From NCBI GenBank assembly GCA_030770535.1, contig JASVEC010000001.1:2108001-2172000 (forward strand): DNA of 64,000 nucleotides, in the 5' to 3' direction. Positions 14,211-27,053 of this stretch are shown here, one piece after another; position 1 is the stretch's first letter; the number at the start of each line of letters is the position of its first letter. The translations under genes and the position numbers were made by a program. This DNA is from Batkoa obscura. Its lineage: Eukaryota. Under the pieces are notes generated by a model that had not been told where the DNA came from, did not search any database, and worked only from the letters and a program-made list of their open reading frames with translations.

Positions 14211-15176
14211 TAACAATAATAATAATAATAATAATATTTATTTATTTATTTAATGACTAATTTATTAAACTTGTTTAGTAAATACAAATATTGAAGAGTT
14301 TATTAATAATGGATTAAAGAGTTTAAATTTGGATGAAGAAGAAGAAGAAGATTTAGATTTAGAAAATGAGTTGCAATTTAACATGTTAGATATTGAATCT
14401 CAATGTTTAAAAGCAGTCCATCAATTAACTAGAAGAACTAAACCAAGTAAGTTAAAGTAATACAATGGTGGTAATGTACTTATAATATGTTTTTATTAGT
14501 AAATTATACAATCTCTAAAGATGATACAATAATTGGTAAATTATATTTAAAAAAACCATATTATCGAATTGGTGATTCTGTAAATACAATTATACAATTT
14601 GTGCCATCTCCAGTTAAATGTTATCAAGTAAACAAGTAAACAAATAAAATTAAGTTGAACTAATAAATTATTATTAGGTATCAATAACTTTAGAAAGTTT
14701 TGAAGCTTTAAAAGAAGGTTATTCTCATCATCCGAAATATCGTACAGATCAAATGACACGGCAAATATTAACTCATCAACAATGTCTATTAATTAATACG
14801 GATAGGATAGCTATTGATTTAACTATTCCTACTACATGCACACCTAATTTTGAAACTACTGTTGGTAAGATAATTTATAATTAATATATTAATATATTAT
14901 AATTTTTATAATAACTAATATATTATTACCATTACAGTTGAATTAGGTTATCGACTAAGAATTGAATTTATGGTAGGAGAAAGAAATGAACAGAACATAT
15001 TAAGTACTAGTATTGATCGATTTCGAACATTAAATAAAATACAAAATGGTAATACTAACTTATTAGAAAAACTAACTTGTTTAGTACCCATTCAATTATT
15101 ACCTACCAATCCAAATTATGCTAAATTATATCGTTCTTCCCATTCTTTTCAATTGGAAAGAAATTTTCTCCCGTGA
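12794..15176 (+). CDS. RGP1: Rgp1 family protein (Ypt6/Rab6 GEF subunit), multi-exon
   Basis: LLWGFAQLVGHFVLD, PVYSTPPSVLFCDITLEPGES, LPENLPPSYRGKSARFLYYLILGTQ motifs. Confidence 0.85.
14151..14236. repeat. (AAT)n microsatellite with AAC interruptions inside an RGP1 intron
   Basis: Directly visible run of ~28 units. Confidence 0.95.
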
Positions 15177-15689
15177 GTAAAATGAATTTAAAAAAAGTTA
15201 AACTCACCCTATTGTTGAACATTGGTCGTGTATATACTTTATATGAGCACATCTGAACTTTATAAATACGTTAAAAAGTAATAATAATTACTATCCTCTA
15301 TTAATCGATTCTATTAAATATTAATCTAATATAATAAGTAATAATTTCCAATCTAATTAATAATTTAGATTATAAATTTCATTACATTCTAAAATTATAT
15401 TTTTCTAATATGTTCATTTTGCCATATCTAGAATCAATGTTGTATATATCTTATGATTTTTCTATCTCATTCTCTATTATTCACAAAATTAAATAGTTAA
15501 TATATTCATTGTTTATTTTCTTTGATTTTTTATTGTTTAATCATGATTTTAATCACATTAATCTTTTTTGCAAAAATTTAAAAATTACTCAATTTAAATT
15601 TAGTCCAAAAATATCCCTTACAAACTAAAAACTCATTAGAACGTAACTTTAAAGTTCAATTTCTTAATTTAATTATCTTAAAAAAACAA

Positions 15690-17858
15690 ATGGAAGCTGC
15701 CAATCAACGTAAAAAAAAGACACGAAAGAAAAAAATAATATCCTCACCGCCTGTTCCTGAACCAACACCCTCTCATGAACTCTCTTATCTAACTCCTTTA
15801 AGCACTATGGACATCACTCCCATTACCAACCTTACTCAAACGATCAAAGGAATAACTCAAGCTACTTCTCAATTATTATTCAGCCCCTCAACATTCCAAC
15901 AACTATTACTAAATATATTGAAAAAATCGGTAGGTGGTGGGAATCAAAATCGAATAACTTCTGGTGAAGAAGGAAGTAAAGGATTGGATATGGATGTGGA
16001 TGATGATATTGATAGTATCTATAGTAATGGGAATACGTTATATTCTGGTTTTATTCATAAAGATGAGAGGAAAGATGAGAGGAAAGATGATACTCCGGAA
16101 TCAAGTGTGGTTAATGGGATGGGTTATGAGGAGAGTGAGAGTGGGGAAGGGAGTAGTGTACTATTGAAACTTAAAAAGAAGGAAAAAGAAGTCGAAATGA
16201 TTAAAGCAAAAATAAAATCATATGATGATAAAATGGATAAGATTATTAAAAAAAAGAATAAACTCGAATTGGAATTGGGTCAAATAGAAGAAGATTTGAA
16301 TTTGTTAAGTTTACAGTTACAGCCTGCTGTGGAAGACAATAAGGCTCAAGAAAAGGATGAAATTAAGGAAACGGGTGATATAGAAACTCCAATAATTAAT
16401 ATTACACAGGATGAAAAAGAGGAATTTAATCAAAGTATTAAAGTTGAAGAAGTTGATGAGACAATAGAGGAGAAAGAAGAGATCAAGATTGAAATAACAA
16501 TGGATACAGAAGAAGTGCATCAGCATGAACTTACCAGTATGAAATCAATAGAAGGATCCGTTATTTCTAATAATATTTATCCAATGGTAAGTCGATTATC
16601 ATTTGTATTATTATGCCATTTGTTTAATTAATCGCTTAATTTAGATTTTTAAAGCCCATGATTCTATAGTAAACTCGATTTATTCGGATGAAAAAACTCA
16701 ATTGTTAGCTACTTCAGAAGTTGATGGTAATATTAAACTTTGGGATATGAAAACTTATGATAGTTATGAAAATTTATATGAAATACCGGCAAAATTTGGT
16801 AAGTTTTATTATAATATTATAATATTATATTATCAGTATATAATATATTTATTTTAGGAAATATTTATGATATCAAAATCAATGATGGAATCTTAATTGG
16901 AGGAGGAAAAGATACTAACTTAAGAATTTACAATACAAGGTCATTATTAGAAGTAACAGAACAAATTTATGATAAAGAAGAAGAAGAAGAAATAATTGAA
17001 AAGCCATTATTATCACCTAACTTATTACCCAATTTAAGTCCGAATAGTTTAAGACCAGAATCTGAATTATCTGTCTATTCAGCACCACCTTCTTTTTCAT
17101 TACCTCCAACACAAGCATTACCTTCATTTACTTTGAAAGGTCATAAAAGTTATATTAAATGTTTAGATATGGATTGTAATTATGCATTATCTGGATCTAA
17201 TGATGGTACAATTAAACAATGGGATTTAGAAAATGGTAAATTAATTAGTACATTTGATTGTACTTGGCAAATGAATTTAAATTCAATCAATCAAAAACAA
17301 AATAAAATAACAGGTGTATTAGAATCAAAAGGAAATAATTATAATATATTAAATAGTATTATTGGTACAATTAAATTTTATTCTCATGCTTTAGCATCAG
17401 GTACAAATGATGGTATTATTCGTATGTGGGATTTAAGAACAGGACAATGTCATCGATCATTGGCAGGTCATCAAAATAATATTACTTCATTAAATTTTGA
17501 TACTTTTCATTTGATTTCTGGTTCCTTGGATCATACAGTGAAGATATTTGATTTAAGAACGGGTAAACAATTGGAAAGTATTAAATATGAAGATATTATT
17601 CTAGATTTACAATTTAATTCTAAAAATATATTTACAAGCTGTGATAAAGAAGAGATAGAAGTAAGTTTTTTTTTAAGATAAGATTTTAGACTTTTTATTT
17701 TACTTTTCATATTTTAGGTTTATCAAAGAACTACATTTCATAAAAAACAATTATTTGGGTTACAATCCACTTCATGGGGTTTACATTTAACTAGAGACAA
17801 TTTATTAATTGGTGGGACTAAAAATGGTTATCTTAGATTTTGGAATGTTAATAGTTAA
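15690..17858 (+). CDS. Coiled-coil + WD40 protein, Mdv1/Caf4-like mitochondrial fission adaptor
   Basis: N-terminal extension, heptad region, WD40 repeats including ALASGTNDGIIRMWDLRTGQCHRSLAGH..LISGSLDHTVKIFDLRTG. Confidence 0.75.
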
Positions 17859-18057
17859 AATCATAGTTTTTTCAATTTATAAATAGAAAAAGTTTTTTTG
17901 ATTTTTACACTTTTATTGAGTTATAAAGTTAGTTATTAAAATAATAACTTTATAGCTTAGTTCTTTTTATTTCATTCTTTTAATAAAATTGTTTTGGTAT
18001 ATTTGTTTTTTTATTAAATATAATAATAAAATAAATGAATTATCTAATTTATTTTCA

Positions 18058-18762
18058 TTAATAATACATGCATATATATTCTACTTTTGTTTCAAACTCT
18101 TGAAATTCAATATTATTTTTGTGTGTTTGTTGCATACTGTACAATTTAAAAACCCCAGAATGAGCAGTGTTAAGTTCTTCACTACCCAAATTTCTACCTC
18201 TAATAAGATTTAATTTTTGATGATGAATAAACTCAGGCCAGTTAAGTTCTTTAAAGGCATATTCTTATAGCATTCCATTTCCCAAGTAATGGTTAAGTTT
18301 AATTCACCTTTAAGACCTTGTGGAAATACTCTTTTATCATTTCGATAGTTTGGTAAGTTAATTGATATACGACATAATGGAGATAGTTTATGTTCTGCCT
18401 GATCTATCTCTTTTAATTTACGTAAACGTTTTGGTAACGTTAACTAGCTCTCATCACAAATTGGGTTCGGATAGGTGAATAAAGAATACCATATAATATC
18501 TCTCATTTTATAATGATCAAAACCATACATCACTGCAATAAGTTTACAATGATCTCTATGTAACTTATGAATGGGTTGTTTTAAATGAGTTTGGACATCG
18601 TCTAACTTTTTATTAAAAAAATTCTTGATTTTCTTCAATTAAATTGATCTCCTTTTAATTTACCTGTAATACCCTCGATGTATATGGTGCCACTTGGCCA
18701 TTTGTAATATGATGGTGTATAAATAAACTACATTGTAAACTAAGTTTAGGTGGTATTGTCAT
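18058..18762 (-). pseudogene. Degenerate tandem duplicate of the Mhr1/mL67-like gene
   Basis: Colinear with 18950-19628 including intron position; TGG>TAG at 18444-18446 and a frameshift near 18245-18260. Confidence 0.85.
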
Positions 18763-18949
18763 TTTTTAAAGCTGTTAAAAGGACTAAAAAGTTAAAAAGC
18801 AAAATCCTAAATTTAAATTTAATGTTTATATATTCATTTAATTTTCAACAAATATAATAATATTAAAAATCAATCATAATATGATATTAATAATTAGTAA
18901 ATGAACTATCTAATTTTATTTTCATTAATAATAATGGTTATTTTATCTA

Positions 18950-19628
18950 TTATTGAGTTAATTCCTTCTTACTTTCAATCCTTTGTTTATGCATATCTTG
19001 TAATTTGATCAATTTCTCCACACCAGAATGAGTAGTATTAAGCTCTTGATTTGCTAAATTTCTACCTCTAATAAGATTTAATTTTTGATGATTGATAAAT
19101 TCTGGCCAGCTCAATCCTTGTTTTTGTGGTAAATTTTTAAAATGTTCAGTTTCCCATAAAATAGTTAAATTTAAATCTCCTTTAAGACCTTCTGGAAATA
19201 CTCTATTATCCTTTGAATGTTCTGGTAATTCAGTTAATATACGACATAATGCTGAAAGTTTATGTTCTGCTTGATCTAACTCTTGGACTCGGCGTAAACG
19301 TTTTGGTAAAGTGATCCATTTTTCATCACGGATTGGGTTAGGATAAGTAGTTAGTGAATGCCATACTATATCCGCTGTTCTTAAATCTTCAAAGCCAGAG
19401 ACTACAGCGATTGGCTTCCAATGATCTTTACGTAATTTATGGACAGGTTCTTTTAAATGGTTCCAGACATTATCTAACTATATTAAAGTAGAAGTAATTT
19501 ATTGAGTTAATCTTATAACTTTGTATTACCTTTAATACATTGGATCTAGAAGGTATTACTTGGCCATTTGTAATATGACGGAATAAAAATACACTGTTTT
19601 GTAAACTGATTTTAGCTTGGGCTGCCAT
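18950..19628 (-). CDS. MHR1: Mhr1 / mitochondrial ribosomal protein mL67-like; exons 19628-19530, 19477-18950
   Basis: VFLFRHITNGQVIPS..LRKDHWKPIAVV..LTILWE..WPEFINHQKL pattern; open through a single intron. Confidence 0.75.
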
Positions 19629-19805
19629 TCTTTATTTTTTGAGTTTCGCTTCAAAGTAAATTGAACTGAGTTTATGGGAATGAAAAAATATCCAAAATTT
19701 GGTTGGAGTTTCTGATTATTATTCTTAGTTAAAAAAGTTGATCCAATCAAAAAATTTCAAAAACAAAAAGTCACTTATTTTTTGTTTCATTTATTATAAT
19801 CGTCA

Positions 19806-20588
19806 ATGCAAAAAAACTCAATTATAAAACAAATCCAACAAGTAATTAAACAATTAAGCCACACTAATTCCATTAGTTTTTTCAACTCCAACACCAAAAC
19901 TTTAACCACCTGTAAACACTTATTGATCTTAGACTCTTCATATAATCCACCAACGATAGCACATGAGCAATTAGTCCAAGCAAGCTTAAACCATTTACTC
20001 AAAACACAAGCTTCAGTAGGCTTACTTTTATTACTAAGTAATAAAAACATGGATAAAATAAACTTCACTGGAGCTAGTATTGAACAACGACTACATTATA
20101 TGAAATTGATGCATGATAAACTTATCAAACAGTACCATAATAAGTTAAGTTTTAGTGATATTGCTTTAACTACTTCAGGAAAATTTATTGATAAAATAAG
20201 TATTCTGAGTCAAGTGGATGGGAACGAGGAAACGAAGTATCATTTTATTATGGGTTATGATACTTTAATTCGAGTGTTTGATTTTAAATATTATATGAAA
20301 GAATATAACTATGAGGGTATGGTAGAGACATTAAAGCCTTTTTTTCTAAACGGTAATATCTACTATACTAAAAGAGGAGAAGAAATTGTAGATAAGGAAA
20401 TGGATAAGTTGTTGTCAAGGTTTAAAGAAAAAATTGTTTATTTTGAACTACCGGAAAAGTATCATGAAGAGGTTTCTTCAACGAAAGTTAGACAAGCGAT
20501 TAAAGATGGGAATAAGGAAGGCAAGCTAAAGGATATGGTGGATAAAGATATTTTGGAATTGGTTTTGGAAGACAATCCATATGTTTAA
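19806..20588 (+). CDS. Pof1-like nucleotidyltransferase (NMN adenylyltransferase-like)
   Basis: LDSSYNPPTIAH, NKNMDK, MGYDTLIRVFDFKYY, VSSTKVR motifs; divergent from MHR1 across 177 bp. Confidence 0.82.
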   Translation: MQKNSIIKQIQQVIKQLSHTNSISFFNSNTKTLTTCKHLLILDSSYNPPTIAHEQLVQASLNHLLKTQASVGLLLLLSNKNMDKINFTGASIEQRLHYMKLMHDKLIKQYHNKLSFSDIALTTSGKFIDKISILSQVDGNEETKYHFIMGYDTLIRVFDFKYYMKEYNYEGMVETLKPFFLNGNIYYTKRGEEIVDKEMDKLLSRFKEKIVYFELPEKYHEEVSSTKVRQAIKDGNKEGKLKDMVDKDILELVLEDNPYV

Positions 20589-21029
20589 TTATCAAATAAT
20601 TTGTATTTTGAAATAATGCTATTGAATTTATTATTTAATTATTTAAACGTGACCTTTATTCTTTTGTATAAAATAAAACTTTAAAATATAAGTTGTTATT
20701 TACTATATTTAAATAGAATAATACTTTATTTTTACTTTTTTTATAAAAATCGATTTAACACAAAAATAACTTAGTATAATATTTTCACAATATTAGAAAT
20801 AAATCAATACAAAATATTATTTCTGATACTACGATATTCAATAAACATAATAATAAAATTTAATTTTAGACCCTTTATTTAAACTCCTTTTAAAAAAAAT
20901 AAAAACCTGCCACGATTAATGATTATGTATTTTGATTTAATTGGCTACAATAACAATGTTAAATTAAACTTCAAAAATTCAAAAAAAACTTTTTTTATAA
21001 TAATATACAACTAATTCTATAACTACAAT

Positions 21030-23230
21030 ATGAGTTCCTCCTTCTCTGTATCAGAGGGTCAAAAAAATTTAAGGAGTCGCCCAGTTGGAGGCGGCCAAGT
21101 GAGTGATGACACTAAGGATTTAAAGTCAACCTCCACTATTTCTGATAGAAACAAACCAACTCAAGAGGTAATAGTTAATTAGAGCTACTAGCTATCATTT
21201 TTATTAACATTAAAAACCTTATAGATAAAACGTAGCTGGACCTCATACGAAATGTATTCTCATTACTGGTTACTATTGTTTATCTTTTTAGGTTTTGTTA
21301 CTCGTTTTTATGATTTATCATTTCCTGGGGAAGTAGTATTTGATGAAGTCCATTTTGGTAAGTTTGCCAGTTATTATTTACGTAGAGAATTTTTCTTTGA
21401 TGTGCATCCACCATTGGCAAAGATGGTATTAGCCTTAGGAGGTTATTTTATTGGTTTTGATGGTTCTTTTTTATTTGAAAAAATTGGTTTAGTATATGCA
21501 GATTATAATGTACCTTATGTTGGTTTACGTGCAACTTCAGCTATTTTTGGTGCTTTAAATGTACCTTTAGTTTATATGTGTATGCGTGAATCTGGGTATT
21601 CTATTTTACCTTCTGTTGTTTCTACAATTTTAGTATTATTTGACGGTTCTTTAGTAACCCAATCTAGACTTATTTTATTAGATTCTCAACTTATATTTTT
21701 TGCTACATTATCGATTTATTGTTATATTCGATTTTATAAATTCAAATATGGTGAATTTACAAATGGTTGGTGGTTTTGGTTAATTGCTACTGGTGTTTCT
21801 CTTGCTTTAACATTGGGTGTTAAAATGGTTGGTTTATTTGTTATATTGACTGTTGGTATCTGTGTCATTGTTGATTTATGGAAAATGTTAGATATTAAGA
21901 GAGGATATTCAATGAAATATGTAGGTAAACATTTTGCAGCAAGAGCTGTTGGTCTTATTTTTGTACCAATTATAGTATATTTATCTATCTTTTGGATTCA
22001 TTTTAAAGTGCTATCTAATTCTGGTACTGGTGATGCTTATATGAGTCCAGAATTTCAATCTACTTTAAAAGGTAATGAAATTCATTTAAATAGTTTTGAA
22101 ATTCGTTATGGTGATGTTATTACAATCAAACACAAATCAACTAAAAACTTTTTACATTCTCATACCGATCGTTATCCTCTTAGATATAAAGATGGACGTG
22201 TTTCTTCTCAAGGTCAACAGGTCACTGGATATCCACATTCAGATTCCAATAATCATTGGCGTGTACTTCCCAAAGAAGATTTAGATGATGGTTTAGAAGA
22301 GCAAGACTTTGTTAAAAATGGAGATATTGTTCGATTTGAGCATGTTAATACTAATTCTTTACTAATGACTCATGATGTTGCATCACCAACTATGGCAACT
22401 AATGAAGAAGTTACTACTGTTGATATTGATATTGCTAATAATTCAACTGAAAAGATGAAGTTCACATATTTTAAAATATCGGTAGATTCTGAAGATGAAG
22501 GACAGGTATGGAAGTCTAGATCTCAATATACCAAAATATTACATCAAGAAACTTCTGTAGCAATTTGGAGTCATCCAGTTAAATTACCTGAATGGGGTTA
22601 TAAGCATAACGAAGTGAATGGGAATAAAAATTTACAAGATGATACTAATGATTGGTTTGTAAACGAAATTATTGGTAAAAATGATACCGAAATTCAACAT
22701 AAGGAGCCAAAGCATCGTAACTTTTTCCTAAAATTTATCGAATTAAATCGTGAAATGTTGGTTAAAAATAATCAAATTTCTGCTTCTCATCCTTATGCTA
22801 CTCGTCCATGGCAATGGCCGATTACTCATCGTGGGTGTTCTTATTGGACACGTGATACTTTTGGAAAAAAAGAACAAATTTATTTACTTGGTAATCCATT
22901 TGGTTACTTTTTAGGATCTTTAGTTATTTTATTATTTGTTGCTTATTTTATTTCGGACCAATTTTTATTACGTCGTGGTTATACTACAAGTGATTTAGGT
23001 AATTTTAGTTCTATTTATTTATTTTTATAATATATTTTAATCAATTTTATTTAGGTTTCCATAATCGTATTTATAATTCAGGTTTCTTTTTATTAATGGC
23101 TTGGGGTTTGCATTATTTCCCCTTTTTCCCGATGGGGCGTCAATTATTTTTACATCATTATTTACCCGCTTTAATCTTTAAATATTGCTTAGTTGGTGCT
23201 GCTATTCAATATAGCTTTTATTCAAAGTAG
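21030..23230 (+). CDS. PMT4: Dolichyl-phosphate-mannose protein O-mannosyltransferase, PMT4 subfamily (C-terminus truncated); exons 21030-21167, 21225-22998, 23055-23230
   Basis: VVFDEVHFGKFASYYL..FFDVHPP, MIR domains (RVSSQGQQVTGYP), RQLFLHHYLPAL; stop at 23228-30 comes before the expected last TM segment. Confidence 0.9.
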
Positions 23231-23266
23231 ATCCAGTTGTACCAGATTATCCAGATAATACTATGA

Positions 23267-24136
23267 AATGAAACAGAAATATTGTTATCAATTGGTCAAG
23301 CATTAAATAGTTTATTAGCTACTTCTGTTATTGGTATTGCTACAAATGAAGTATTAAAAAAAACAATCTTAAATGGATTAGTGGCTTCTATTGCTTGGCC
23401 ATTGACTATTTTACAAGCTGGTAGTATATTAGATAATCCATGGTCATTGGGTTTAGATAGAAGTAAAAAAGCAGGATTAATATTAGCAGATGCATTAATT
23501 AATTATGCACAAGGTCATCGACCTGTTAATTTAGTTGGATTTTCATTAGGAGCAAGGGTAATCTTTTATTGTTTAGAAGAATTATTATTACGCTCCGAAA
23601 ACAATTTTCAATTATTTGATATCATTGAAAATGTGGTATTGTTAGGGGCTCCAATTACTTGTGATAAAAAGCGATGGAAGGCTGTTAGAACTTTAATTTC
23701 TGGTAGATTTATTAACGGCTATATTGAACAAGATTGGATCCTTTCCTTTTTACATCGTGGTTTAAATTATGGTCAATCAGTAGCTGGAAATATTAATCTG
23801 ATCAAATATTGGAAAGAAGAATTATCAAATAAAGAAGATAATGAAGGTGAAGAAGATGAAGTGTTGGATTCAGATTCAAGTAAATCCGATATTGAATATT
23901 TAGATACAACTATGACCACTTATGAAGCTACTAGCTTAATGAAAATGAAAGAGAATAGTTTAAATATCAAAAATAATACTATTATTGAAAGTGTAGATTT
24001 ATCTGAAATTGTAGAAGGTCATTTGGATTATATTAATCAAGTACCTACAATTCTGAACAAGTTGGGCTTCCAAATTAATGAATTTGAAAGCGATGTAGTA
24101 CCAGAAACATTATTTGAAACAACATTTACTTTTTAA
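23267..24136 (+). CDS. DUF726 / TMCO4-like alpha/beta hydrolase, C-terminal half only
   Basis: LDNPWSLGLDRSKKAGLILADAL, RPVNLVGFSLGARVIFYCL, DWILSFLHR, VEGHLDY; no ATG or upstream exons, in-frame stop at 23264-66. Confidence 0.8.
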   Translation, partial: NETEILLSIGQALNSLLATSVIGIATNEVLKKTILNGLVASIAWPLTILQAGSILDNPWSLGLDRSKKAGLILADALINYAQGHRPVNLVGFSLGARVIFYCLEELLLRSENNFQLFDIIENVVLLGAPITCDKKRWKAVRTLISGRFINGYIEQDWILSFLHRGLNYGQSVAGNINLIKYWKEELSNKEDNEGEEDEVLDSDSSKSDIEYLDTTMTTYEATSLMKMKENSLNIKNNTIIESVDLSEIVEGHLDYINQVPTILNKLGFQINEFESDVVPETLFETTFTF

Positions 24137-24216
24137 ATGTCAAGTATGAAATTTAGTTATAAATAAAGATTAAACATAAAATAAATGAACTAGAATATTT
24201 TGTTATTTTTTATTAT

Positions 24217-24588
24217 TTAAAAATTACTTAAATCTAATTGATTAACGCCATCTAATTTAAAAACTTTTTCGATATTGTTAAAAGATATACTATTATAGTA
24301 ATGAGGAAAATAGTGAGTATTATTATTCTCTATAACTGGTTCATATTTTAGTTTATCTTGGTTTAAATTCTTAGTTGATAATTTCAAAATTACTAAATCC
24401 TTCACATCTTTATAAAATCGAGTTAATACACCAGAAATTTGTTGTTTAGTACACAAATGAATATAACCTGAGGATTGATCTAAGGAAGTTAAAACTAAGG
24501 AATCAGAGTTGTTGCTAAAATCCTGATGGGAGACTTCACTCTGTTTGTAAATTTTGTAAATATATGACTCGTTGATTGAGGTAGTCAT
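24217..24588 (-). CDS. DUF952 family protein
   Basis: IYKI, DQSSGYIHLCT..Q, LKYE, FPHYY motifs; intronless. Confidence 0.8.
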   Translation of the reverse strand: MTTSINESYIYKIYKQSEVSHQDFSNNSDSLVLTSLDQSSGYIHLCTKQQISGVLTRFYKDVKDLVILKLSTKNLNQDKLKYEPVIENNNTHYFPHYYNSISFNNIEKVFKLDGVNQLDLSNF

Positions 24589-25047
24589 TTTTTAGATTTG
24601 GAATAAAAAAGTTCTAGTTTAAAATTTAATGAAAAGTTGTTTTAATTGTTTTAGTGCTTCATTCTAATTTTTTAAACCTTATGCCAAATAAGGGGAATGG
24701 ACAAACTAATTAAAAGTAAAATTTTTGAAATTTTGAAAAGTTCAGTTTATCTTGGTAAAAATTTAACAACTTTTTTCATCATCATTTATAAGACGTATCT
24801 TTTTGTAACTCAAAAGATACCTAGAAATAAGACACAAGTTTACTTCATAAAGTATACATTATATGCTATTAAAAAACCCTGTTCAAAACTTTCAAAATCT
24901 CATAAATGTTTGCAATAACTAGCAGTCCTATTCATTTCCTAGATATTTTTCTTAGTATACTTTTTTTTATCATTTTATTTTTTCTTCATTTTTGAATCTT
25001 ACTTTGTTTTGATTCAATAAAATTTTAATACTTTAAATTTACAATTT

Positions 25048-25144
25048 GAGGGTGTATTTTGTATTTAAGAATTTTACTGTAATCTTTCCACTTAAATAGC
25101 GCTTAAAAAATGGAAAAATAATGAAATTAAAAAAAAACAGTCCC
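25048..25144 (+). mobile_element. MITE family A copy (first of a tandem pair)
   Basis: Matches consensus; ATTT left, ATAT right. Confidence 0.8.
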
Positions 25145-25148
25145 ATAT

Positions 25149-25234
25149 ATTTTTTTTAATTTTTTGCTGACAATTATTCTATTCAAATAACGCTTGAAAA
25201 ATGGAAAAAGTGATAAAATCAAAAAAAATACCTC
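25149..25234 (+). mobile_element. MITE family A copy, 5'-degenerate, head-to-tail with previous copy
   Basis: CAAATAACGCTTGAAAAATGGAAAAAGTGATAAAATCAAAAAAAATACCTC matches the right half of the consensus. Confidence 0.7.
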
Positions 25235-26012
25235 ATATTTACTACTCTTTTTAGAGATACTTTACTTGCTTATAGCAGTGTTTATTTATAATCAATTTAA
25301 TAACTTTATCTGGAATTAGAAAGAGACTTCTAACTAGCAACGTACAGCGAACATCATAATCAAACTACAAGAGAATAACTAATAATCATAGCGAATTTAT
25401 GAATAACAAACGAATAGTTCTACAGGTTATAAATAATATTATAGGATATGGAATGTACTTCACATGGTTGCCTGAGAAATGAAATTATGGATCCTCAGCT
25501 AAAAAAGATATTTATTATCTTGAACAATGTTTTACGTTTACGTCTAAAAATAATCTAATAATTCAATTAAATAAAAATCAAACTTGTCATTAAAAGCAGT
25601 AGAATTTAAATCAAATTATTACTATTGCGTTCTATACTAAAAATAAAAAAGTAACATTTTATTTTTGGTTTAAAGAAGGCATCTACTTTGAACACTATGA
25701 TAATTTACATCTACCTTTTAGGTATTATTTAATAATCTAATTGAATAAAAATCCGTTAAATTTGATCTTAAAAACATTACACTTTAAACTAGTTTACTAT
25801 TACCGTGTTTCATATCCTAAATGAAAGTAGATGTTGTCATTTAACTTCTTGGTCAACGGTACTCAACCATTATAAAAACTCTCTCTAAACCCATGGTTAT
25901 TTAAAAAAACCTAAATTCATAAACTTACCTGGTATACACATCATATCATATCAATTTAATCTTCAAGACTAATGTCTTTAAAATAAACTATAATTTACTC
26001 TTTAATTTTATT

Positions 26013-26544
26013 AGATTTTACACCTGACATAGATCTTAATAAAAGGGTTACAATGGGGATACTATATGGGGATCTATTTGATTTAAGGATCTTGCTAATA
26101 ATTTTTCCACTCAAATAGTGCTTAAAAGATCGAAAAAGTAATGAAGTAAAAAAACAGCCCCTATCATAGAATAATGAGTCAAAGACGTATTTGTTTGAGG
26201 CTGGAGAATATATTGGCCAATTTAGACCATAGGAGCATGATGAATTTGCAAATGTTTTACGTAATACAAGGAGTAGTGGAATCAAATCCAATAAAATATT
26301 TGCTTACAACACTGAGGTCAATGGTGTAAAACACACTTTTGCTACTGCATGTTCTGTTGAATGTTATATAGAAGCATGTCAAAAAATGGTTTGGAATACA
26401 TTCAATAGAGCAAAAGCGAGTGAATATAAAGAAATAGCAAAACTTGATGAATACTTTGCCTCTTTTATTTATAAACCAGTTTCAATATTTAGTAATGGTT
26501 CTATAGACAGCTTAGCTAAAGAACTATTGACCGCCCTTGTTTAG
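26013..26544 (+). pseudogene. Candidate decayed gene of unknown family interrupted by a MITE
   Basis: ~125-codon coding-like frame 26170-26544 with one internal TAG; short open stretch before the MITE. Confidence 0.4.
26068..26161 (+). mobile_element. MITE family A copy
   Basis: GGGGATCTATTTG...AAAACAGCCCC. Confidence 0.85.
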
Positions 26545-26856
26545 CTTAGCTTACGATAGTTTTATTATTGCTTTTATAATAAACAAAGGATACAAATTTT
26601 TATTTTTTTTATTTTTTGCTATTCTATAATTTTAAAACTTTTATTTCGTATGAGTTATTGTAATATAAGTTTTAATAGTTTGGTAGTCTTGGTTACTTGA
26701 ATATATTTTATAGGAATTGGAAACGCTATGAAAAGGGCTACTATTAATTTAACTTTAAATACATGTATATTATCATATTTTTGACTTCAATGTTTAAATT
26801 AATTTTAATTTTAAGTCGTTAAAAAATGGACAAAATAGTTGAGAAAAATAGTATTT

Positions 26857-26954
26857 GGGGATGTATTTTGTGTTTAAGAATTTTACCAACAAATTTTCCG
26901 CTTAAATAGCGCTTAAAAAATGGAAAAAATAATAATGTCAAAAAAAACACTCCC
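26857..26954 (+). mobile_element. MITE family A copy ~100 bp upstream of the coilin ATG
   Basis: Both TIRs; TSD ATTT on both sides. Confidence 0.9.
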
Positions 26955-27053
26955 ATTTTTTATCTGTTTTGCTAATTTCAACAAACCAAGCTCAAAATTT
27001 TTGAGTTTTAATCGTTTTTAATTTTATCCAAATTTGTTTCTAATAAAATAAAA

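Noticed and set aside
23227..23276. Possible 50-nt GT..AG intron fusing PMT4 to DUF726
   Set aside because: The donor is phase 2 (phase 0 in the slipped frame) but the acceptor needs phase 1, so no in-frame fusion results.
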